Shown one piece after another: positions 29,346 through 37,553 of a stretch of DNA of 64,000 nucleotides. The stretch's first letter is position 1, and every line of letters starts with the position of its first letter. Below the pieces are notes generated by a model. That model worked only from the letters and a program-made list of their open reading frames with translations, was not told the DNA's origin and did no database searches. Both the position numbers and the translations under genes were made by a program. Source of the stretch: Nanobdellota archaeon (lineage in GTDB: Archaea > Nanobdellota > Nanobdellia > Parvarchaeales > Parvarchaeaceae). The stretch covers positions 8,402 to 72,401 of the forward strand of contig JAJZNV010000005.1 of the NCBI GenBank assembly GCA_021852265.1, written 5' to 3'.

Positions 29346-29582
29346 ATGAAAACAGAATTAAAGGATGTGCTCAATTTACCAAGAAAAAAGTCGCTGCCAT
29401 GGAAAGAGTTGGTTGGTATGTATATCAGTGCAGGGGCAGTCTTAACCGGATTAGCGCTCTCTATAAACTATCTAAATTTAAACGAGTTTTACGCCAATCT
29501 TCTTACTTTAAGTGGCAGTCTCGGATATGGGTCTATCGTCGCATATAGACTAAATAATATAGAGACTTTCCTGATGAAATGA
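29346..29582 (+). CDS. Hypothetical small membrane protein
   Basis: 78 aa with two hydrophobic segments. Preferred over the overlapping ORF at 29339-29548, which is basic and does not look protein-like. Confidence 0.35.
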   Translation: MKTELKDVLNLPRKKSLPWKELVGMYISAGAVLTGLALSINYLNLNEFYANLLTLSGSLGYGSIVAYRLNNIETFLMK

Positions 29583-29609
29583 CGGAGTAAATTAAATATT
29601 TAGAACCCT

Positions 29610-30656
29610 CTATTTTATAGCAGTTATAAACTTTTTAAGGCGGTTTTCGTCTGCAAAAATTGCGCCTCCACACGCTTTATGAAGCCGATTCATTATAGCT
29701 AATCCGATCCCTTTCTCCTCAAAAGATTCACAAATTGCAAAATTAGGTTCAAATTTGTCTATTGCTCTTAAAGATGAGAACAGATTTTTAGCGATCTCGT
29801 AAAGATTTTTTGAACTCCCTAGCCGGATTTTTACAGCCTTTTCATTGTATATCCTTCCGCAAATTTCGTTGGAGGCTATAAAACAGAAACTTTTCCCGAG
29901 GTTGTTAGCTATATTAACAAAACTTTCATTATCGCCCGAAAAAAGGAATAGTGGTTTAGAAGGTGCATAATGCCTGTACTTCATACCCGGGCTCATCGGT
30001 TTTGCTATTTCCTTTGTTTGTTTGAATATTTTTGGGATCTTTCCAAAAATTTTAGTTATCTCTCCTATTGTAAAAGGTCCTGGTCTAGCGATAGTAAAAG
30101 TTTCTAGGTCTATAACTGTAGATTCTAATCCAAAGAAAGTCGGACCTCCATCTATTATTATATCTATTCTATCCCCAAAATCTTCTATGACGCTTGAGGC
30201 TTCAGTAGGAGACGGTTTGCCAGACAAGTTTGCGCTTGGAGCCGCTATTGGCAGCCCAGCTTCTTTTATTAGTTCTAATGCTATTGGGTGCGCAGGCATC
30301 CTTAAAGCTACAGTTTCAAGCCCAGCCGTCACAGAATTAGGTAAAATGTTTTTCTTTTTCACTATAAAGGTTATTGGAGATGGCCAGGCCTGCCTAATTT
30401 TTTGTAGGTATTCTTTTGGGATCTCTGCCAGTTTTTCAGCCATCTCAATCGAAGAAACATGTACTATCAAAGGATTATCTTGCGGCCTCCCCTTGGTTAA
30501 GAATATCCTCTTACATGCCTCATCATCAAGTGCATTTGCGCCAAGACCATAGACCGTTTCAGTTGGAAAAACTGCCAGTTTTCCTTCTCTTATCGCATTT
30601 GCAGCCATTCTTATTTTATCTAATTCAGGCTTTATCGGGTTTATTTTTAGTATCAT
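29610..30656 (-). CDS. sua5: Threonylcarbamoyl-AMP synthase Sua5/TsaC (YrdC domain + Sua5 C-terminal domain)
   Basis: 348 aa. GKLAVFPTETVYGLGANAL, SAPSANLSGKPSPT and a C-terminal Sua5 extension. Confidence 0.85.
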   Translation of the reverse strand: MILKINPIKPELDKIRMAANAIREGKLAVFPTETVYGLGANALDDEACKRIFLTKGRPQDNPLIVHVSSIEMAEKLAEIPKEYLQKIRQAWPSPITFIVKKKNILPNSVTAGLETVALRMPAHPIALELIKEAGLPIAAPSANLSGKPSPTEASSVIEDFGDRIDIIIDGGPTFFGLESTVIDLETFTIARPGPFTIGEITKIFGKIPKIFKQTKEIAKPMSPGMKYRHYAPSKPLFLFSGDNESFVNIANNLGKSFCFIASNEICGRIYNEKAVKIRLGSSKNLYEIAKNLFSSLRAIDKFEPNFAICESFEEKGIGLAIMNRLHKACGGAIFADENRLKKFITAIK

Positions 30657-30733
30657 ATTCTAGCTATAGTTAGGAGTATATATTTAAACAATAACTTATA
30701 AAATTAAGTAATAAGCTTAATATTAATTAACAG

Positions 30734-30829
30734 GGATTCGTAGCTTAACGGTGAAGCGCTGCTCTTATATGAGCGTGCTTTAACATTTAGGATAAGCAGA
30801 GATCGAGGGTTCGACTCCCTCCGAATCCA
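30734..30829 (+). tRNA. tRNA, probable Ile (anticodon UAU), with about 24-nt intron at 37/38
   Basis: Acceptor GGATTCG/CGAATCC, D stem GCTT/AAGC, anticodon stem CTGCT/AGCAG, loop CTTATA + intron (30770-30793) + A, T arm GAGGG-TTCGACT-CCCTC. Hand-folded only. Confidence 0.6.
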
Positions 30830-31013
30830 TTATTAGCGTAAAACCCCGACCTAATCTATTATCTTCGTAAGTTTATGATTTTATTGAATATTTTTCTGTA
30901 AAAAGCATATACAATAACCTTTATAAACAGCATACTGCTCTATAATTAGATAGAAAGAAGTTAAGTTTTCTCGAAGAACTTAATGCCCCTTTCTATATAA
31001 TAGGAGGTAAAAG

Positions 31014-31154
31014 ATGCCAGGAAGATTTGAGCGAAAAATGTACAAAGCTACTTGCTCTGAGTGCGGCAAAGAGACGGAAGTTCCGTTCCAGCCACAGGAA
31101 GGTAGGCCAGTTTTCTGCAGAGATTGCTACATGAAGAAGAAAGGAATGCAATAA
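31014..31154 (+). CDS. Small CxxC-x17-CxxC zinc-ribbon protein (46 aa; below the ORF-track cutoff)
   Basis: MPGRFERKMYKATCSECGKETEVPFQPQEGRPVFCRDCYMKKKGMQ. Preceded by a GGAGGT Shine-Dalgarno-like sequence. The TCSECGK...VPF.P...RPV.CRDCY motif is a recurrent small zinc-ribbon module. Confidence 0.55.
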   Translation: MPGRFERKMYKATCSECGKETEVPFQPQEGRPVFCRDCYMKKKGMQ

Positions 31155-31241
31155 AGCAAAGAAACTAGGTTTCTAGAAGAATAATTGATTTTTAATTTTT
31201 TATTTTTAGATTAAGTTAATGGTGATTCGGTTCTCGAGGTT

Positions 31242-32696
31242 TTATTCCTCGTCCTCCACGGTTCGCAATTGCGGGAAAGGTATCACCTCTTTTATAGATT
31301 TTGAATTAGTTCCAAGCATAACAAGTCTATCTATCCCGATGCCAACTCCTCCGGCAGGGGGCATTCCATATCCAAGTGCCTCAATGAAGTCTCTGTCGAA
31401 TTCTTGTGTCTCGTCAATCCCGCGCTCCTTTCTTCGCGCTTCCTCATTGAATCTTTTGATCTGTTCAATTGGATCATTCAACTCACTAAACGCGTTTGCA
31501 ATTTCCATGCCTCCTATATATAGTTCGAATCTATAAACAAAGTGCGGGTCCTCCTCCATGTTTTTAGCGAGGGGAGAAACCTCTACTGGAAATTTGGTTA
31601 TAAACGTTGGCTGTATTAATTTTTTCTCAACGTGCTCCTCAAATAAGACGTTTATCGCTTCGCCGTAGCTTACCACCTTTTTATCTATTTTTTGGGCCAT
31701 AGAGATGAGATCTTTTTGGTTTGTTTCTTTCAATGTTTCTTTTACACTGTCCTCCATCGTTTTTATAATGAATTTTGAGAAATCTATCTTGTTCTCGCCG
31801 TGCTCTACAACGTAAGTCTTATTTGCCGCAAATATAGCCGCCTTTATTATCTCTTCAGTTATAGCCAGCATATCACTCAGGTCTCCATAAGCTTGGTAAA
31901 GTTCAAAGGCTAGGAATTCAGGATTATGTCTTGTATCTACCCCTTCATTCCTAAGATTTTTACTTATATCGTATATCTTCTCAAATCCGCCGACTAACAA
32001 CCTTTTAAGGTAAAGTTCAGACGCTATCTTTAAGAATAAATCCCTATCCAGTGCGTGGTAGTGTGTCACGAATGGCCTAGCATTTGTACCGCCAGGGATT
32101 GGATGGAGCAGCGGAACCGTTACCTCTAGAAAATCTTTTTTCTCAAGAAGCTCTCTTATCGCAGTTAGCATTATACTACCTTTCTTTATTTTTTCCCTAG
32201 AATCACGATTCATTATAAAATCCAAATATCTCTTTCTATAACGTTTTTCCGTGTCCTCTAACCCATACCATTTTGATGGAAGCGAGAGCAGTGATTTCGA
32301 AAGTATCGTGATTGTTTTTGCCTGGACTGATAGCTCGCCAGTTTTCGTTTTTATGACTTTCCCAGTCACACCTATTATATCCCCCGCGTCCAGGTATTCT
32401 AGCAGCTCTGCAGATTTTGTCTCCAACTCTTTTTCAGTCACATATATCTGTATATTTCCGTTTTCGTCTGCTAGATCAAAGAATTTTAATTTACCATGAT
32501 CACGTCTGGCCATTATCCTGCCGGCTATTTTTACTTCTTTTCCATCAAGTTTTTCAAAATCGCGCCTTATCTCTCCAGTATTACTAGTAGTTTCAAATCT
32601 TGAGCCGAATGGGTTGAAACCGTTCGATCTCATAGCATCTAGTTTACCTAGCCGATCTGCGTCAAAATCAAATTTGAATTCCATAGTAAGATACAA
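31242..32696 (-). CDS. lysS: Lysyl-tRNA synthetase, class II
   Basis: 484 aa. OB anticodon-binding domain VKIAGRIMARRDHGKLKFFDLADENGNIQIYV. Class II motifs LRNEGVDTRHNPEF, FELYIGGMEIANAFSELNDP and GMPPAGGVGIGIDRLVM. Confidence 0.85.
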   Translation of the reverse strand: MYLTMEFKFDFDADRLGKLDAMRSNGFNPFGSRFETTSNTGEIRRDFEKLDGKEVKIAGRIMARRDHGKLKFFDLADENGNIQIYVTEKELETKSAELLEYLDAGDIIGVTGKVIKTKTGELSVQAKTITILSKSLLSLPSKWYGLEDTEKRYRKRYLDFIMNRDSREKIKKGSIMLTAIRELLEKKDFLEVTVPLLHPIPGGTNARPFVTHYHALDRDLFLKIASELYLKRLLVGGFEKIYDISKNLRNEGVDTRHNPEFLAFELYQAYGDLSDMLAITEEIIKAAIFAANKTYVVEHGENKIDFSKFIIKTMEDSVKETLKETNQKDLISMAQKIDKKVVSYGEAINVLFEEHVEKKLIQPTFITKFPVEVSPLAKNMEEDPHFVYRFELYIGGMEIANAFSELNDPIEQIKRFNEEARRKERGIDETQEFDRDFIEALGYGMPPAGGVGIGIDRLVMLGTNSKSIKEVIPFPQLRTVEDEE

Positions 32697-33933
32697 ATGC
32701 AGTTATCAATATAAATGCTCCCATAAGTAAAGAGTAACCAAAAACTCGAATTCTTATAGGCTTATTGCGCGATAATAATGCGAGAAAGCCTTTTTCCACA
32801 ACACTTGCACCAATAACCAGACCAAGTAAAAACGCAGTGTAGCTTGCGCTGATATCCCCATTAAGGAAAAAGAAGCCAAGCGAAAATGCAGAGCCTGCCA
32901 CATTTGCTAGTCCCGAAATGAACATTGTAAGTGTTAAAAATTGCGGTATAAAGATGTTTACAAGCCTGGATACTGTAAAAATGACAAAGAATAGGATGGC
33001 AAACTTGATTGTTTGTAAGATTGGAAAGGGGTTTTGAGGTGCAGACATTTTGAAACCGAACTCTTTTTTACCTAAAAATAGAAATGCCAATAAGAATACA
33101 AATGATACAATTAGTACCGGAAGTAGGTAATATAATATTTGTGGTGAAAATGTAACTGCATATATAACCAATGCCCCCTGTCCGAAAATCATCGGGATAT
33201 TCGATGAAAACATTATATTGTAAAAAATCGGTTTAACTGCTTTCTTTACAGAATTTCCTAAGCGAAGAAGTGTAAGTGTTATGGCCGTGCCGGTTATAGC
33301 GCTACCAATTATTGAAGATAAGAATAATCCGAACTTTGAGAATCGCAGAATAAGATATTGTATAAAGAAAACTAGTCCAACAGTTGCCACTATCATCCAG
33401 AACTCAAATGGGTTAAAAAAGGCGTACGGACCTATAAAATTGTCTGGTAGGAGCGGTAATATCACAAAGAAAATTATAAGCAAATTGAGCGTGGCTATAA
33501 CTTCCTTTCTTTTGAGTTTATGGATTACATTTAGGAACTCACGTTTATAGAAGCTTACTGCTGCCAGTAAAACACTAAGTACAATCGCGTATTCAAAATA
33601 ACCTAACCCTACAAGTAAACCAGATAAAAATAATATGAATACTCCTGAAAAAGTAGTTGCTCCCGGGTCTTTTAGTATTTGACTCTTTTCGATGTACATT
33701 GCAGTTGCTATAACTGTTATTACGCCAAATGTAGCCACGAGTACCTCTGGGCTAGAAGTTATTAGATAAAATAATGATGAGACGTATCCAAGTACAGAGA
33801 TAAATATGCTCGTCCTTAGCCCTAGAAATATCCTGACACCATTCTGCATCCTGTATTCATTCTCAAGGCCGACTATGGCTCCAAGTAACGCGGCAAGCAG
33901 TAAATACTCAAGTGGTGGTAATAATGCCAACAT
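32668..33933 (-). CDS. MgtC/SapB-family + DUF4010-like polytopic membrane protein
   Basis: 421 aa, about 12 hydrophobic helices. N-terminal LLAALLGAIVGLENEYR resembles the MgtC signature. Confidence 0.65.
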   Translation of the reverse strand: MLALLPPLEYLLLAALLGAIVGLENEYRMQNGVRIFLGLRTSIFISVLGYVSSLFYLITSSPEVLVATFGVITVIATAMYIEKSQILKDPGATTFSGVFILFLSGLLVGLGYFEYAIVLSVLLAAVSFYKREFLNVIHKLKRKEVIATLNLLIIFFVILPLLPDNFIGPYAFFNPFEFWMIVATVGLVFFIQYLILRFSKFGLFLSSIIGSAITGTAITLTLLRLGNSVKKAVKPIFYNIMFSSNIPMIFGQGALVIYAVTFSPQILYYLLPVLIVSFVFLLAFLFLGKKEFGFKMSAPQNPFPILQTIKFAILFFVIFTVSRLVNIFIPQFLTLTMFISGLANVAGSAFSLGFFFLNGDISASYTAFLLGLVIGASVVEKGFLALLSRNKPIRIRVFGYSLLMGAFILITAFVSYYGIQI

Positions 33934-34238
33934 ATTAAAAATAATTATTTAGGCAATTTAACCTTTTAATTTCGGATTGTAATCACATTCACGCGATAGT
34001 CTGCTTTTGTAGGCCACTATGAATTTTGCGCTTATTTTTCCATCAAATAAAATAGATTTAGATAAGCATCACTTGGTGCAGTTTAAGTTATCCACTATGC
34101 TTTAAGTTTTCTGATATCAGCCCCGTTTTGAGCCTTAAAACTGAATTTAAATACATTTTCAATACTTTTGATATGCTGGCGCTCAAGAAAAACTTTTTAT
34201 TCTATAGCATACGAAACTATTGACATAACAAGATACAT

Positions 34239-36359
34239 ATGTTGAAATTAGAAGATTCGGTAGAGATAATCCCTCCGTATATATATGAAAGACTTGCAAA
34301 TAAAATAACAGAATTTTTACCGCCGCAAGAGGAAGCACTAAAGAAAGGGCTGTTCTCAGGTGAAAATATGTTAATCTCTGCACCCACTGCATCAGGTAAA
34401 ACACTAATAGCTGAAATGGCCATTCTTAATGCCGTATCACAGCATAAAAAAGCGATTTATGTAGCACCGATGCGGGCACTAATAAGTGAAAAATTCAAGG
34501 ATTTTCACGAGAGCTATCCGGATATAAGATGTGCTTTATCGATGGGTGATTACAATGAGTCGGATTCAAAACTCACAAGCTATGATGTGATATTCGTATC
34601 GACGGAAAAATTGGACAGCTTACTCAGAAATTCACGTAATTATATTGGCAACATAGGCTGTATCGTGTACGACGAAATACATTTGCTTACCGATATAAAG
34701 AGGGGCCCAACCCTTGAGTTCCTTATAGCCTTGAACAAGAAGATATTTCCGTCCGCCCAGATAATCTGCCTCAGTGCAACTATCGATAACGGTACAGAGA
34801 TAGCGCGTTGGATTGGATGTAAACTAGTACACAGCGAATTCAGACCAGTAAAACTTGTCAAGAAGATATATTTTGATGGCGAACTTTTAAATGGAAAAAC
34901 AGAACAGATCAATAACGTGGATGATCCCCTGCTAAATATAGTGTTGGAACTCCTAAAAAATAAGAAGCAGGCACTAATCTTTGCACAAACCAAGAAAGTT
35001 GCAGTATCAAATACGAAACTAATCTCTACTGTAATGGATAGCAAACTCTCTAAGGAAGAAAAAGAAAGTCTTTACACACTCTCAAATTCAATTCTTAAGG
35101 TTCTGGATCGGCCGACATCCCAGTGCGAAGAGCTTAGTGAGGCTGTAAAACATGGCGTTGCATTCCATCACGCCGGACTTATTAATAAGCAGAGGGAACT
35201 GATAGAAAACGCATTTAGGCAAGGGCAGTTGAAATTGATAGTAGCCACACCTACATTGGCGATGGGTGTAAATCTGCCTGCCAATACAGTAGTTATCTCC
35301 TCGGTATATCGCTATGGAGATTACGGTTCAGAACCTATGCCGGCTCTGGAGGTGGAGCAGATGCTCGGCCGCGCCGGTAGACCAAAATATGATAAGGAAG
35401 GGACTGCAATAATAATATCCAGAAATGAGAGAGATCTGGACCTCATTAAGCGGAAGTATTTCGAAGGGAACATAGAACCCATCATCTCTAAGTTCAACAG
35501 CGAGATTGCAGTAAGAAAATACGTTTTGTCGCTTATAGATATGGCGTTATATGACTCAGAGTCTGCAGTCAAAGATTTTTTTGAGGGATTGTTTATATCT
35601 TATCAAGGAATAGATATCTTTGATAAAATAGAAGATGCGATAGAATTTCTACTTGAACATGGTTTTATAGTCAGTAAGAATGGTAAATTATCAACTACAA
35701 GACTTGGGAAACTCATTAATTCCCTATACCTGGACCCATATACTGGCGTGGTATTTATTAGATTCATAGAGAAATCGAAGGGATTGGGCAAGCTAGACAC
35801 CTTTTCTGCACTGCACGTGCTTTTTTGCACAGAGGAATTTAAGTTTATACGGATATCGCAGTCTGAATTCCAAAAGTATGAAGAGGAGAGCTATACTCTG
35901 AACTTAGTGGCAGACCAGAACCTGATAGAATATGATAGATTTATCTCAGCCATAAAGATGGCACATATAATTTGGGATTGGTTAGAGGAAAAAGGGGAGC
36001 CTGAAATAGAAGAAATGTACAAAGTGTTACCTGGAGAATTCTATGTGACATTAGAAAGTCTTAGGTGGCTTATGTATGGTTTGAAAGAGCTTTCCAGAGC
36101 TTTGGGTGGAAGCATCAATGAGATAGCGCGGCTAAATATACGAATCAAGTATGGTATAAAGGAGGAGTTATTACCGCTAGTATCTATACCGGACGTTGGA
36201 AGAATCAGAGCGAGGAAACTTTATTCGAATGGGTTTAAGACAGTAGAAAACCTGAAGGATGCGAACATGACAAGATTATCACATATTTTAGGTGCAAAAA
36301 TAGCAAATAAGATATATTCTTATCTGCACAAACAAGAGAGTCAAAGAAAATTAATATAA
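34239..36359 (+). CDS. hel308: Ski2-like DNA helicase Hel308/Hjm
   Basis: 706 aa. Walker A SAPTASGKT, DEIH box, SAT (LSAT), HHAGL and QMLGRAGRP. The C-terminal winged-helix/ratchet/HhH length fits Hel308. Confidence 0.8.
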   Translation: MLKLEDSVEIIPPYIYERLANKITEFLPPQEEALKKGLFSGENMLISAPTASGKTLIAEMAILNAVSQHKKAIYVAPMRALISEKFKDFHESYPDIRCALSMGDYNESDSKLTSYDVIFVSTEKLDSLLRNSRNYIGNIGCIVYDEIHLLTDIKRGPTLEFLIALNKKIFPSAQIICLSATIDNGTEIARWIGCKLVHSEFRPVKLVKKIYFDGELLNGKTEQINNVDDPLLNIVLELLKNKKQALIFAQTKKVAVSNTKLISTVMDSKLSKEEKESLYTLSNSILKVLDRPTSQCEELSEAVKHGVAFHHAGLINKQRELIENAFRQGQLKLIVATPTLAMGVNLPANTVVISSVYRYGDYGSEPMPALEVEQMLGRAGRPKYDKEGTAIIISRNERDLDLIKRKYFEGNIEPIISKFNSEIAVRKYVLSLIDMALYDSESAVKDFFEGLFISYQGIDIFDKIEDAIEFLLEHGFIVSKNGKLSTTRLGKLINSLYLDPYTGVVFIRFIEKSKGLGKLDTFSALHVLFCTEEFKFIRISQSEFQKYEEESYTLNLVADQNLIEYDRFISAIKMAHIIWDWLEEKGEPEIEEMYKVLPGEFYVTLESLRWLMYGLKELSRALGGSINEIARLNIRIKYGIKEELLPLVSIPDVGRIRARKLYSNGFKTVENLKDANMTRLSHILGAKIANKIYSYLHKQESQRKLI

Positions 36360-36381
36360 GCTAAAAATACCCATAGTTTTT

Positions 36382-36993
36382 ATGAAGATATTGGCTGCCT
36401 CAGACATACATGGCGATAAAAAAGCGACGGAACAACTAGCCAAACGTGCGAAAAAAGAGAAAGTTGACTTAGTGATACTAGCAGGAGACTTATCCATATT
36501 TGGCAATGGTCTGGAAGGTCTGCTTAAACCCTTCTCAGATGTGAATAAAAAGGTGGCAATAATACCTGGAAATCACGATAGCGAGGCCGACATCTTTATG
36601 TTAAAAAAGAGATATCCAGACATCTTATACGATCTTCATAGCTATGCATTTAAAATAGGAGATATCGGATTCTTCGGTTGTGGTCTTGCGAATATAGGTC
36701 CAAATGAACTTTCTGAGAACCAGATAAAGAAGAAGATAGAAAAATCTTTCAAGTACATAAGTGATGCAAAGAAGAAGATACTGGTCGTTCATGTGCCGCC
36801 TTACAAGAGTAAACTGGATCTGATAGGCAAGGATATAAATGTGGGAAGCACAGCGGTTAGAGAAGCAATAGAAAAATTAAAGCCAAACAAAGCAATATGC
36901 GGTCATATCCATGAGACATTCAATCTCGAAGATAAATTGGGAGAAACAACGGTAATAAATGCCGGCCCAAAAGGGAAAATAATAGAGATCTGA
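36382..36993 (+). CDS. Metallophosphoesterase (YfcE/MJ0936-like)
   Basis: 203 aa. ASDIHGD, LAGDL, PGNHD, VHVPP and CGHIHE. Confidence 0.75.
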   Translation: MKILAASDIHGDKKATEQLAKRAKKEKVDLVILAGDLSIFGNGLEGLLKPFSDVNKKVAIIPGNHDSEADIFMLKKRYPDILYDLHSYAFKIGDIGFFGCGLANIGPNELSENQIKKKIEKSFKYISDAKKKILVVHVPPYKSKLDLIGKDINVGSTAVREAIEKLKPNKAICGHIHETFNLEDKLGETTVINAGPKGKIIEI

Positions 36994-37058
36994 GCTTTGA
37001 TATTACGTAATACAAATAAGCTAAAGTTAAATATGCCGTGCATACAAGACTACTATAT

Positions 37059-37147
37059 GGGCCCGTCGTCTAGTGGATAGGATCGATGGCTTCGAATGCC
37101 ACTGATGGAGTGACCATCAGGCCGGGGTTCAAATCCCTGCGGGCCCT
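37059..37147 (+). tRNA. tRNA, probable Arg (anticodon UCG), with about 17-nt intron; integration target of the casposon
   Basis: Acceptor GGGCCCG/CGGGCCC, anticodon stem GATGG/CCATC, loop CTTCGA + intron + A, T arm CGGGG-TTCAAAT-CCCTG. The last 4 nt lie inside the left target-site duplication copy. Confidence 0.7.
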
Positions 37148-37157
37148 ATTCTGATTG
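37144..37157. repeat. Target-site duplication, left copy (ccctattctgattg)
   Basis: The same 14-mer abuts the outer end of each TIR in direct orientation (second copy at 50694-50707). Confidence 0.85.
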
Positions 37158-37380
37158 GGGGTATAGTATATCTCTTCCTTAATTTCACTCCTGCCCCAGT
37201 ATATATACAAAAGTATATACTTTCAATAATTCATGCCCAAATCATTTAAAATCAATATCTAATTTGTATAGGTTTCATTTAGGAGTATTCTAAGAGTAAA
37301 GTAGGGGTCATCTCGGATTCATCTGCGAGAAAACTCACTAATTAGTGATTCGTGAAAAAGGGGAAAAGTTCGAGAACTCG
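37158..37380. repeat. Left terminal inverted repeat (223 bp)
   Basis: Checked 10-mer by 10-mer: exact reverse complement of 50471-50693. Confidence 0.95.
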
Positions 37381-37553
37381 GAACAGTTTAAATAACTAAT
37401 TAGTGATGTTTGAGTAGGGTAACTAGGGATAGAGTCGAGTTACTATCAGTTAGCTAATATAATAAAAGTTTTTTAAGTTTGAAGGCCTGATTAAGAGTTG
37501 TAAAATTTACTTAAAAAGTAATCTTTATATAGATAAAATTTAACTATGTTTCA

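Noticed and set aside
29339-29548. 69-aa ORF overlapping the 78-aa ORF in another frame
   Set aside because: Its composition is basic and irregular. The alternative frame (29346-29582) encodes plausible transmembrane helices and starts right after the upstream stop.
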